Of a DNA stretch of 64,000 nt, positions 26,363 to 41,149 are shown in pieces. A program made the translations under genes and the position numbers. Each line of letters starts with the position of its first letter. Position 1 is the stretch's first letter. The stretch is from Octopus sinensis. Lineage: Eukaryota. Location of the stretch: positions 62,001 to 126,000 of the forward strand of contig NW_021836131.1 in NCBI RefSeq assembly GCF_006345805.1, read 5' to 3'. The notes under the pieces were generated by a model. The model worked only from the letters and a program-made list of their open reading frames with translations. It ran no database searches and had not been told where the DNA came from.

Positions 26363-27937
26363 CAGTGGGCCCAAAAAGTCATGGCACCACTTAATAAATT
26401 TTAGTATTTTACGTTTTTACCCATAAAATATGAAGTATTTTGACTTTTAATTATTTTTTTTAAAAATTCAAAAGATTCTGATTTAGAAAATAATTTTAAA
26501 TCCTTAAAATATTGATAATTGACAAAGAAAAAAACAACTTTTTTTAATTTTTAGCGTTATTGAAGAATCAAAAAGTGTTGGCACTTTTATATCTACAGTT
26601 TTAGTTTAAGTGCATATGATAAGAGAATGTCATTCTGTAAGATTATTTCTTTTAAGTTTTTCTTCACAAAAGCTTTGTTGTTACTTAATAACGCATTATC
26701 AATATTGATATTACGAAAACAGCCGTTTTTAGCACTACTTTATGGAAAATCGGAAGGAATATTCTTTTGAGCTAAAACAGATGATCGTCAAGTCCCACCA
26801 AAAAAAAGTTACAACCAAATTTCCAGACAATTCAATATTCCGAAAAGTGTAGTAAGGAATATAATAGTCCGTTGGAAAGAACGAGGAAATGTTTGCAATA
26901 AATCGAGGTCTGGTGCACCTAAAAAGATATCGAGCCGTTCTCTTTCAATGATAAAAAGGAGTGTGGCAAATGATCCCAGAATTATTAGAAGCAAGCTGGT
27001 AGATGATTTAGAGACCGTGAGAATCAAAGTTGGTTTATCTACGATAACTAGTACATTGCGCAAACAAGGAATTCATAAAAGGAGGGCACGACATATTCCT
27101 CTACTAAGAAAAGTCTTATATCAGCGCGACTAAAATTCGCTCAGAATTTTTTAAATAAAGATTTAGAATATATAATGAACATATTATGGTCAGATGAAAC
27201 CAAAATTGAACTTTTTGGCCTCAGGAAAAAAAATCAAGAATATGACAAAAAATGTACCATACCCACAGTTAAGCACGGAGGAGGCAGCTTAGTGTTATGG
27301 GCGTGTTTTTCGTCTCAAGGAGTGGGTGAACTATTTTTCATAGATGGAATATTGAATGCCAAGATGTACGTCGAAATTTTGGAAAATTGTTTAGTTCCGT
27401 CCATCAATAAATTAAAGCTAAGAAGTAATTGGACGTTTCAACACGACAACAATCCCAAAATAAAGCTAAAATAACTACTGAATGACTTAATAATAATGGA
27501 ATAAATGTTCTGAAATGGCCTAGTCAATCTCCTGACTTAAACCCAATTGAAAATTTATGGAAAACGTTGAAAATAAAGGTAGGAAACCGAAGACCTGAAA
27601 ATATAGTGGAGTTAAAAGCATTCTGCCGTGAGGAGTGGAATAAAATTTTAAAAGAAGAATGTTTTAAATTAATAAATACATACAAAAGAAGATTAGAAGC
27701 AGTAATTGTTGCAAAAGGGCATGCAAAAAAATATTAATAAGGCATCGTGCCAACACTTATTGACCCTTAAATAACGCTAAAAATTAAAAAAAAATGTTTT
27801 TTCTTTGTCAATTATCGCTAATTTTAAAGGTTTAAAATTATTTTCTAAATCAGAATCTTTTGAATTTTTCAAAAAAATAATTAAAAGTCCAAATACTTCA
27901 TATTTTATGGGTAAAAAAGTAAAATACTAAAATTTAT
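26363..27937 (+). mobile_element. Tc1 IR/DR element, uninterrupted copy of 19-3055
   Basis: Same TIRs and the same right-end truncation. Empty TA site at 27049-27050. Confidence 0.92.
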
Positions 27938-28442
27938 CGAAGTGCTGCATCAGTTACTGCAATTTATGAAATCACCAGAATGCTTGCAATGAATGGGATG
28001 TTGACTTCATCAAGCAATGTCTCGTGAAAACAGTCAAAATTATTTGTCCAGATAATTTGCATTTTCTAAAAAGATTTCTCCGATATGTTTGTGAACAACT
28101 TGTTTCATTTGTGAAATCAACAAAAACAGTCCATAGAACGCGACCCACAGATAAAAATTTATCGGCTTTAATTAAATTCGGGAATAAATGAATAATTGAG
28201 CTGACATATCAAAAATTTTATCGGAAAAAGGTATTAATCATCCGGAGGTAGCTCCAAACAAGATTAAAAGATCCTGATTACATATTTAGATTTCCTTATT
28301 TTTGGTTTTTCTTTAAAATAATATTTCTCTGATAAAAAATCTTTTAAATTCCGAGGCCTACCGTAACAATATTATAAATGCGTTCCTCAAACGGAAATTA
28401 TTTTAAAATGCGGCCTTGAAACAAAATTAGTTTGACACCGCT

Positions 28443-28907
28443 GTGATAGAATATATGGTGAGCCGCGCCCTGGCATCTGCGGGATTCCCTAATGTGCAGA
28501 AACCAGTCGGGTTGGGTCGCGGAGATGGAAAGCGCCCAGATGGCATGCCAACATTTCCCTTCGATCACGGGAAATGCCTCATCTGGGACGCGACATGCTC
28601 CGACACATTCTCCCCGCATAACCTGATCTCTTCAGTTGCTGAGCCCGGCTCAGCGGCAAGACATGCGGAGGTCACAAAAACAAGAAAATACTCGTACCTG
28701 GCCAGAAACCACATTTTTGCGCCAGTAGCCGTGGAGACATCCGGGGTCATCGGCCCAGAATCGCTTTCTTTCCTTCGTCGGCTGGGGTCGAAGATTGCCA
28801 GACGAAACAAGGATCCCAACGAGACTCGTCATCTTTTCCAAAGAGTCTCGTTGGCGATCGTCCGAGGGAACTGCCAGGCCATCTTATGCGCCGGCAGTTC
28901 AAAATAA
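28443..28907 (+). mobile_element. CRE-clade REL fragment, copy 2
   Basis: Continuous 154-aa ORF with RPDG, WDATCSDT, PVAVETSG and QRVSLAIVRGN. Confidence 0.87.
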
Positions 28908-31900
28908 CTGCATTGTCTAATTATCATAAATTGATTCGTTTTTTGTTTTCATTTTAGTAATTTGTTACAATTCCGTCCCAGATCATAACGATAGGGACAA
29001 TCTTACTTTCTCCCGGTGGATCGCTCCCAGTTCATTTCCAGCAAGTCGTATCTGTGGAACGTTTCCACTTCGATCTGCTTGAAACAATTTTGTGAAATGC
29101 CCCCAATTTCGATAAGTGTAATTGCGTTGCTCGATTTGTCATGAACAAATATGTCGGGCTATTATTCGGGATAGCATTGAATTTTCAGACAGTAAAAATT
29201 TAATAAATATGAAAATAGGCAAAAAATAAGGTTTTGTAGAAAAATCCAATAAGTATTAAAAGATTCTAGACTTTGGATATATTTTTTTGTACTCAATGAA
29301 TTCATTTTTTATTATTGAGTCATTTAATAGTAAAGAAGTTCAGTTATCTAATCGCTGAAGAATAATTCGTTGTGGAAAAAAATTAATTGATATTTTAACA
29401 TTTTTTAATAAAAAATTGAAAAAACTTTAAAAATATTGAAATTCTGATTTTAATCAGGCAATTGCTAACAATCGGTTAATTCTAGTAACCATCAAAGATA
29501 AAAGACATTCTCTTAGTCCTTCATTTATCTATAAATAAAATTATAAAAGTTTATAAACCGTCAAAATAAATATCCCAAATTCATTATTATGATAAGCCGA
29601 AAAGTGTATTCTTGCAGCTCCTAGTTTACGGATCATCATAGAGTACCACAGACTAGTGTTGACATATAGTTTTGATGTGACCGAATCATGACAAACTAAA
29701 AAATGAATATAAATAAAATACAAAATGTAGAATAAGAAGGTTCAATGTAATCAACAAGAAAAAAGTCTACATTTCCAAGTTTTTCATATTTATTAGATTC
29801 TTTAATATATTTCCATAAAATACCAGAACCCTGTAATGTTATAAAAAGTTAATACAGTTAGTACTATTTTTTCTTTTACTTCATGTCCCGGTGTAAGGCT
29901 ATCCATATGTTAAAAAAATTTTTTTAATAACTCACCACGCGATTTATATTAAATAATTTATATTACTTTTTAATTAATTATTTATGTTCAATAAACAATT
30001 TAATTACTGATTCTTTGAGTGAAAAATCGGCTGCACTTCAAATCCCTGTTCCCTTTTATCCCTCCTATTTGACTATTTTCAAATAAGAATGTATAACTAA
30101 TCTATCCCATCTCATGAAATAATTGATTAAAAATTATTTATATTAATTTTTAAATTTATCTGCTATAAATATTTAAAATAAAAATTTTAACGCGTGTTTT
30201 CTATATCTAGTTGTACAGTTTTACTATTTAAATGACCAATGATTATAATATTTTTTGATATCTAATGATATAATTTACTACGACGAAATGATGGTCTTAT
30301 ATTACTGCCTAATGACTTGGCCGTGTTCTTACGGTCTGCTTAGATAGGCAACATTATTAAAGTGGTTTCTACTCGGTTTGCGAACAGCTTTCCGCATTTC
30401 ACCCACTAACAATATATATGATATTAGTAACTGAAATACGACAACTCTCTAAAATTCGTGTCGCTTTTTGGTTCTGATTGAACTTATTTACACCAAGTCC
30501 GATTCCGCGATAAACGACAAGGGTCTGTAGGGTCTTGTCGACACACTTCCGGCCGCGATACTGAATGTTTTGTCTTGCGCAGTCCATGTTACTTAGTTCA
30601 CATCGAACCGGTCGTACTAGTCCGTAGTGATGGCAAAAGACATTGTTTATAATCACTCAATTATAGTTACTTTAGATTCTTCACATTGCTAATCGAGACA
30701 TGTCGATTTATACAAACGAAGGGATTATATTTTTAGAATCAACAACAGATTTATTACACAAATAATGTGTTACTTATGTCAATATCTATTACTGGAAAAT
30801 TTTTTCAACCCATTCATGGAAAGCAAACTACTTGTTGTTTATCCCGATAGAGAAGAAAAGTTTTTCTGGTGCAAAACATTCTTTTATTTCAAAGCAGTAA
30901 ATTACAATCACAGCAAGACTGAAAAAAGACTTTTGAACTTCTGGTAACTAGATGTGGGCAATATCATTATAATTACGACCTCACGATGAAAATGTGTTCA
31001 TTTGTTTTTATATATAAGTCAAAAAACTAAAAAATCTATTTTTTGCAATCTGTAATTACTGTTATGTGTTATAATGTCTGCCAGTGTGTATGTTTGTGTG
31101 TGATTTCCAAAAAAAAGAAAACAGCGACTATCCAGAGTAAAATAAGACTCCTCAAAACACGTTTTCAGACTAACAATTGATAAAAGAATGGATTGAATTT
31201 CCTGAGTTAGATATTTCCCTTTGGATCAATTCTTTTTATTTCAAATTCCTGTTACTTTCAATTGTCGTTTTAGCCAAACTTTTTTCTATCTATGCTTAGA
31301 CCAAAGAAATATTAATTAACCCTCTCTGGCTGCATTGGTTTTACCTAATTTGCTTTTCAATTATGAAAAAGTTTTTTATAGTGTATTCTGCACGTGTTTA
31401 TCTTGATAGCAATTCCAAGTTACGTAAGGGTTCAAGTAAAAAAGAACTAGCATGTAGTTACTACAACATGCACCATGTTTTGTTTATAAAATTCAAGAAG
31501 AGTGAATACTTCTGTCTAAAAAATGGCAATTGCACTACTTTTCTACATAAATAGAAATAAGAATTCACCTTTGTGCAGAAAGAAAGTTTGGTGTTTTATA
31601 TTCAACGACAAAACTTAAATGATAAAAAAACAATATAAATACCAAGATACACTCCATACTATATTTGAAGCGAAATATTACTCGAGTGACAACAGAAAAA
31701 GACATATTAAGAGCTATTGTTCTGAATGTTAGTTATTATCAGATCTGTGTATGGGCTAATCAGATAACTAAAATCAGATTATTTGGAGAGGCTCGTGTTG
31801 CTTTTTTAAGAATTTAATTTCGCCCTTTCTAAGGATAATAAAAAAGCAGTATTTTTCTAAGTGGCAGAAATATTATTTCTACAACAAGAGATTGAACTTT

Positions 31901-32326
31901 CAACGTACTGGAAGCTAATTAGATAACGAAAAATATTGTCAAATGTTGTATTATGTCTCGAATTTTCTATTGTATCAAAATGCTATTATCAGGATGTAAG
32001 CGGATTTTTATAATGCATTGATTACTCTATTCGGAGAACTTTACAGTTGAAATTTCGACAATCTGATTTAGCATATTCCCTCTTTCATTTTTTTCCTTTG
32101 TTCTTTTTAGATATTTATGGATTTGTCTTTTAAGTCTTTTCATCTGAGCTCTCAGCTAATAGTTTGTAAAATCAAATGTGCTTTTTTTTAATTCAAAAAC
32201 AAATTTCCCTATTATAGCAAAAGTGTTGTGTAGTATACAAAGTTCTTTTCTTAGTTTACATATCCAAATAATTAAAAATTGAAAATGAATATAGTGAGTA
32301 TCTTAAACTGGGTCCTAAATAAATAG

Positions 32327-32399
32327 AGCCTTGTGCGGGACTCGAACCCACGACCCTCGGGTTAAAAGCCCGATGCTCTACCGACTGAGCTAACAAGGC
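32327..32399 (-). tRNA. trnK-UUU: tRNA-Lys (TTT), copy 2
   Basis: Identical to 7273-7345. Confidence 0.96.
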
Positions 32400-33059
32400 G
32401 TTTATAAAGATTTCTTCGATACTCGGTCTTGAGTTTTCGACATTCAAACTGGGTTCAATTCGCTTATGCTACAATTTTTTAGATACACAATACAATTCTG
32501 CATAGGTAAGCCTAATTTCCAGTTCAAGGGTTTTTTCGTAGATGGTCACACAAAATATTGCAACGCCTGAGACGTCAAATAAGTTTCCACTTTGTCGAGA
32601 GAAATTGAATAATCAAGATCCTTCATTACTCCAGAGTGCACTTGAAAATAAACATTAAAAAAAATATTTGTCAAGCACAAATTACGTACTGTTTTTACAA
32701 ATTGGATTTCTGAATTTCATATTTTCATTCTAAAGTTTTGACATCAATATATTCATTGTTAATAACAAATAATAATCCGATTTTTATCTTCAATATTTTC
32801 AAAAAACAGCATTTCCTTAATAAATAGAGAAATAAGTTCTTATAATAAAAATTTTTGAACACAATCATTAAAAGGGTAAATGATATTATTTTTTACGATT
32901 TTTAATAGTACAAGTAAAATAAATGGTTGTGTATATTTAACAGAAATACTAATCTGTAATAAATCTGATTAATAAATCCTGTTGGATTACATTCTAAGTT
33001 CTAAATTTGGAAATCAATTCGTACAATATAAATAGTGATGAATTTTATGTCAAATATAA

Positions 33060-34344
<1,285 letters not shown>

Positions 34345-36024
34345 TTCATGTCTTTCCTTTAATATTACTAATTGGACAGGCACTTTACTTTCTCTTTAAT
34401 TAAATAAAAATTATCGATGAATTATTATTTGGTTTTAATCACAAAATGATAATACAAGAACCGTAGCCTTGTAACTCATGGCAATTCATTGTATAACTCT
34501 TCAGACCAACATACACTTTATATAATTATGTTTTACCGATCTACGATCAAATAATATCTCTAAATGATATTTCATCCAGAATTAAAATATGATTAATTTT
34601 TCAAGTAGAAAATATATTCTTAACCTTAAAAAAAGACGACAATAAAGTAGATATCAAAATTTTGCGCAAACTTACTTCTTAATACGTTCCAAGTCATTAC
34701 TATCAATTCCTAGCTCACCTCTTATGTTATTGTATGAAAATAAAGAAAATGATGAATGCTGTTTTTTTATTAGTATTTAACTATTTTTCATTGAATCTCC
34801 TTTTTTAATCATTGAATGACACTAAGTATATATATCGAGCATATTATAAATAATCTCTTAAACAGGAAAAACAATGATAACTTAATGTAACTAAAGTTGA
34901 TCAGAACAATAGGTAATCATTTAATATTCATTTGTCCCTATCATTTCATCATATCAGAAAATTTTATACTATTGAAATGTACGCTATGATCCATTAATTA
35001 GCGATATTATGTTACTTTCCGGATTGACCAAATAAACAAATTTGGGCACATAAGAAAGTACAACTAAATACAAAACACATGTGGTTTTTTATCTATCATT
35101 TTTTAGTAATAAAATATTTTTTAAATATCGCAATATAAATAAACTATATTCAAAAATTAACTACATAATATTCGAGACTACAAAGTTAAATCAGCTAAGA
35201 ATCATGTTATTTACTTGTGATAGATCAAAAATTATAATACGGTAAAATCTCTATTGCTCGTCATATTCCAATTTTCGCCACTATTTTTATTATTAAAAAG
35301 ACCTGACGTTTAATAAAAAAACGCATAATAGCATACATCGATGATAATAAACATATGACAATCGAACACATAGCCTCTGTTTTTTTTCAATTTTGAGAAA
35401 AACAATTTCACGAAGATCAATTAATGATCTCAGGCTTGATAAACAAAAATACTTGATAGTGATCCTCCTTTCTCAAACAAAAAACGCCTATTCAATCTAA
35501 CATATTCGGTCGCTCGCTGCGCTCGCGACATATTCAACTATTGATAAAGAAGTAATGACATGGATGGAACACATCGAAATTCGTGGAGGATTCTTGAAAG
35601 ACAATTCTATTTTTTTGAAAGCGCAAAAAGTCGCCGATTTATATGGAATTACTGATTTCTAGACTAGCAATGGCTGGCTTTCTAAATTCAAAAACGGAAT
35701 AATATTAAGTTAAAAAGTTTTCGTGGAAAGTCTTATATGACTGACGTAAAATTTAAGACGAAGTGAATTCTTTTATTTCAGTAATTTGCACAAAATTACA
35801 TTAATTCTTGCTAAACAACCACAATTTTACAATTTATGGATCAGGGAATCATCCGCTCATTTAAAGGAAACTTTAACAAATTTAAATTTGAGGCGATGTT
35901 AGATAAAATTGACAATGATTCACATAAAAAGCTGAATTTAAAAGACGGCCATCTGTTTACGCATTTTTGATAGAACAATGTTACTCAAGAAACAATTGCA
36001 AATTGTTTCAGGCATGGCAAATGG

Positions 36025-38370
36025 ATTGTTATTAATAGCACGTACACAGAACCAAAGAAATGTTGAATTAGCTAAGGTTCCGTTTGTGTCGCACGTTCAG
36101 AAATTTTGTTCACCAGGCGTCTCCATCGGGGTCTGCTTTGAGCATATACTCGTAGGTCTTCAAGGTCGTCAGCACATCCAAGTTTTCTTCCAATTCCGTT
36201 GAGATCCTTGTTTAGTGCAACATGGAGAGTGACCCTGGGCCTTCCTCTGAACGGTGTTTTTTTGTTATTGTTAAAGTAATCATCCACTATCGTGTTTTCT
36301 GGTGTGTTTACGTCCATCCTAAGTACGTGTCCAAACAGCCTTCATCTATAATATCGACGCTTATTGGCACCGATCGTGTCATAGCGTATAATTTTCTGTC
36401 AAAAATCTTTTTGGCCATCCTAGGCCCAGTAGATTGAGTAGTTGTTTTCTGTGAAACGTGTCCATTTTATGTAACTCTGCCTCTATGACACTCCAGATAC
36501 CCGAGTTGTACATGAGTACTAGTTTTATTGAAAATGTTCGTAATGATGGCTGTCAATTCGCTTGGTGCATACTTGATCATTTCTTCATGTATTTTGTCAG
36601 GTCCAGGTGCCCTGTTATTGTTTAATTTTTAATTGCCAAATCAGTCTCCTTTGTAGATATAGGTAAGTTCAGACTTCTTGGTGATTTGTCAAACAGTTCA
36701 AAGGTCGAGGTATCATTCTTGTTTAAAAGACCTGAAAAGTATTCGGCAATAATCCCAGTTTTTTTCTTTATTATCCAATACATTTCTTCCTTGACTGTCG
36801 TGAATACAAATATTCTTTAGTTGCACTCCTCTCTGCAAAAGGCGAACAGCACGAAACATTTTCGTTCCGTATCCCATCCTCTCAATTTCACTGACACTTT
36901 CATGTATTTTTCTGACATAAGCTTCCTTTTCCTTTTTTTGATCTCCCTGACAACACAACTCCTTTCTCTTCTTAGCACGTTATAAGTATCAGGATCTATG
37001 GTAGATTCCATTTTGAGTCTTATTTTCTTCTGTTTATCAGATAAAAGTTCAATTTTGTTATCGAATACTCCTTTGAATCCGGACGGTTTTTTCCCAAGCA
37101 CATCCATACATACTTTCTTTATTTCTTCAGCCGCTGAGTCCCAAACCACTGCAGGAGGATTTTCGATATTTACATTCATAATTTGTTTCTTAATTGCCAT
37201 ACAATAATTTTCGTTAGTTTTCTCACATAAACATAATTGTTTCACCGTAAAACGGTTTGTACTGATTTTTTTCGAACTTCATCTATTTCAAAGAACCTTT
37301 TCATTCTGAATCTTGAAACAAGCAGTTTATGATCACTACAAATGATGGTGCCTCCATAGCTGCGGGAGTCTGTTATTAATGCGCAAAGAGATCTTTTGCA
37401 TAATATATAGTCTATTTAGTTTTATGTCTCGCTTTGTGTTCGAAAGCCGAATTACAAATGAAGTAATCGAACAAGTAGCAGAACTGTACAAGCAATTCCT
37501 CTGACATATTTCTTCTTCAGGCATGCCTGCCCATACAGGGTTCTCTCCAAGGACAATAACCCACTTTCGCATTCCAATCTCCACATATGAAAGTCATAAA
37601 AGAGGCTTTGAGGTCAGAGATAGTTTCTGTCAGTGACATGTAAAACAAATCAAGTTCGTCGGGGTTTGTGGAAACCCTCGCCATTGTAGGAGCGTAGACG
37701 TTAATTATGGATATAAAGGACTTATCCGACTTCCCACTTTTTATCTGAAGTACTGCTATTCTGTCATTGACCCTCCACACTCTGTGGACTCTCCCATCAA
37801 GACAAGTCCGTAGTGGTTGCATTCGGAGTTTAGCAGTATGACTCTATACTCTCCGTAATTCTCCTCAGCTGCATCCCTCACTTTAGTCTCCTGTATGCTG
37901 CATACGGTGACCTTATATGATGTTAAATCATGTGTCAAATCCTCCCTTTTCTGCTCTTCTTTTAAACCTCGGACATTAAATGACGCTAAAGTGAACTCAT
38001 TATTCGAAACGTGCGAAAAAGACATTTGTTTTAAGAACGATATCACCATTTCAACGAATATTAATTCAGTTACATTTCTTATTACTTTCCGGGTACATCT
38101 CACTTCCTATCGCCACTGACATTCTCTTCTTGCACGCCTGTCTTCGTTGACCAGATCCACTAAACATCCTCCACTGCGTCTCGACCGCAATTACCGTACC
38201 AAGAATAATGCTAGTCAGTCCTCATTTATTATTAACTAATATTCAATCTATTTTATTGTTATTCCTGTTTTGTTCAGACTCCCCTTTTATAATCCCGTCC
38301 TTCTATGCAGAGGATCGACTCCACCAACCAACCTGGTTCTCTCCATAACAAAGTATGCTCTCTGGACACC
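36025..38370 (-). mobile_element. RTE element, copy 2, with a different internal deletion
   Basis: Shares the endonuclease and 3' end with copy 1. Keeps the linker and NNRAPGPD region (36528-37133) but lacks the YADD-containing RT core. Confidence 0.9.
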
Positions 38371-38684
38371 AAGTACTCTAATATTTACATAATGGAACGA
38401 GACCAAATATCAAAATTCTAATAAACAGCTGTTCCGTTTTCCAATGCCCTAAAAATTCACTAAAGCCAGAAATGTAGTCAACTGGCATAAAGAGGAGAGT
38501 GTTGACTGAAAAGAAGACTTGTTTGCTTCCAAGGAGACGCACAATCCACGAACCCGATTAGTGGCAGTCACAAGGTGTGTCGGAATAAGGATAATTATTA
38601 ATTATATTTGTGTAACTACAAACAAACATGTTGGGCGGAATACAATAAAATACATTCTGAGCGAACATTGTCGGGTAGCAACCA

Positions 38685-39481
38685 ATGACGGAGATTTTAC
38701 TCAACTTGGATGCGTGCAAGGAGGGGTTCGGGTTTGGGCTGATTGAGGACGAGGAAACAAAGAGTCAACGCATCTCGAACATCGTCCCTCAAAGTCCAGC
38801 GGAAATGTCAGGACTGCAGGAAGGGGACAAAGTGCTGATGATTGATAAATATGACATCAACAAGTTGTCCCACAAAAAAGCCCTCTGCAAAATCAAAAAA
38901 TCCAAAAGAAGCTGCGCCTAAAAATATTGCGAAGAGAAGGTCGAGGAGTGCTGGAGAGAGTGCCCGAGGGACAGAGTGAGGGGACATCCGAGGAAGTAGT
39001 AGTGCAACAATGTGAGGAGGGATTAGAACGAGTGCCTGAGGGTGTTCCCGAGGGAGTGCTGGAGAGAGTGCCCGAATCAGAGTGTTTACAGACTGATGAT
39101 GGAATAGTGAAGGAGTGTGCACTGGTGAGTGAAGAAATAATAGTGGAAGGAGCGTATTCAGCCCGAGATTGCGAAGTGAGGGCGAAGGAGGGTTGCACTT
39201 TCGGGTTCACATTGGTGATGAACGAGGACAAGCACCTCATCGCTAACGTCATTGCCAATTCTCCGGCGGCTGACGCGGGTATGCGGGAGGGAGACATTGT
39301 GGTGCAGGTGAACGACGTGAACGTGGAGAAGATGGAGCACGAGGAGGTGGTCGAGCTGATAAAAGGGAGAGAAGGGAGTGTGAGTCTGCTGGTGGTGGAC
39401 GAGTGTGCGTATCAGTACTTCTTTGACAGGAAATTGACTATTTCGAGTGAGTGCGTCGAACATGTCACCAACTTTGGTTGA
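38685..39481 (+). CDS. Two-PDZ protein, copy 2 (1-nt deletion in an A run near 38905)
   Basis: tccaaaagaag vs tccaaaaagaag in copy 1. One extra 21-nt repeat unit in the linker. Confidence 0.75.
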
Positions 39482-39681
39482 TTAACTGACTCACTCTCTA
39501 GTCCCCCTCGAGACACCCACATCCCCCCCCCTCACACCCCCTTCCTCCTCCACACCATTCCCGACGACATCATCCGACTCAGGGACCAAATCGAGGCGAG
39601 ACAGGGCAGTCGTGAGGCGGGTGGGGGGAATATTAAAAGTCTAGTCAAGACTATATCTCGGATGTAGTACTAACACTAATA

Positions 39682-40299
39682 TCATCGATATAAAAACGAG
39701 TCATAACAATTCCACTGACTAGGGGGTTCAGGGTACCCCAGGAAGTACGGATGGGGTATCGAGGGAAGCACTGGGGAGACCACGAACTGATGGTACTCGA
39801 ATGATTCGGCTGGACGACTGGGGACAGGGTAGGTTGGGGGGACTGCCCCCTTCACCATTCGAGGCAACTCCCGTCGTCGGGCGTTGATGAACCTGAGTTG
39901 AGTGGGGCACAATACCAATTGTTCACTTGCAGAATTGTCAGCTTTGTTTGCTCAGACAACTCGCGCTTCTCGTCCTCCGTCGGGTAGGGATGCTACGACC
40001 GTGGCAGCCAATACTCACCTCCATGTGCACACACAGCCACGTCCTCAACTTGAGGATGACGTCCTTCGGAAACATTCCTCGCTTCTTTCGCGGTTTCCGA
40101 GTGTTGCTCACTGCAATAATAAGGCCACACATTTTCACATTCAGGGGAAGCCTCCGTTCCGTGCAATCTAAGGGGTTACTCACGTGCCATACTTGCTCGA
40201 CTCGACTTGATTTGGAAACTGAAAAGATTAACTCATATCAGTGACATGTCAAAGCATAGCAATACCTACCTCCGAGTTGTTCTGCTCACGATTCGACAT
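39682..40299 (-). CDS. TALE homeobox gene, copy 2
   Basis: Homeodomain exons and both short introns match copy 1. In-frame 9-nt deletion in the Pro-rich tail. Confidence 0.88.
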
Positions 40300-41149
40300 T
40301 TCGTGCCACAACTTGACGGCTATGACTTATAAGTCGACAGGAGCCGACCGCGACCGAAATATTTTTGACACGCAACAAACCATTCAAGGACTCATTTTTT
40401 GCATGTGCAATAGTACAATCAATAGTCGTGATCACGCAGCCTTATTAATACGCGACCTTTCATTCACTAGTTTGACGTTAAGACCTTTGATCACTAATTG
40501 GTTTGACGGGGATTATCATTAACCACCATTCCACGGCCAGGCTAACATCCGGCTTCCTATTGGTTGGATGCTCCTACCAGACACACACATCCACAAAACG
40601 AAGGCGGGTTAGTGCGGAGCTCCAACTAGACTTGGAAAATTGCTTTCGTGAGAACAAGTCCTCCAGTTGTAGAATAAGAGCAATCGCTGTCAATAATAAT
40701 TAGATCTTTGTTTTCTTGCGGGGAATGTCACCTGACAGTCAGAAATTGACTAAATTTTAACCCAGAATACTCGAGGAAGGAGATAAAGAAATAAAAATAT
40801 GTGGAGAATGAGAAAGATGGTTTGATTCAGGGAATAAGTTATTCACGAATATTTGTTAGCTTGGAGATAAATCCAGAAAGTCAGCAACAAATGTCCTCGA
40901 GAACAGTTTGGCGATCCGTCAGGCCGCTGGCCCTCCCATCGATTAATATTTTAACACTTTTTACAACACCAATAAATTTAATACAATGTTAGATCCTTAT
41001 CAAACTTTAGAGGGAGTAGGTTATCTGTGTGTACTTGTATGTGCAGGAGTAATGTATTCAATTATGGACTCCTTAATGTTAAAAAGATATGCTTTCAAAG
41101 ACAAAGTCAGCAAACTTATTTTACAATATATCGTTTTATTGTGCACATA

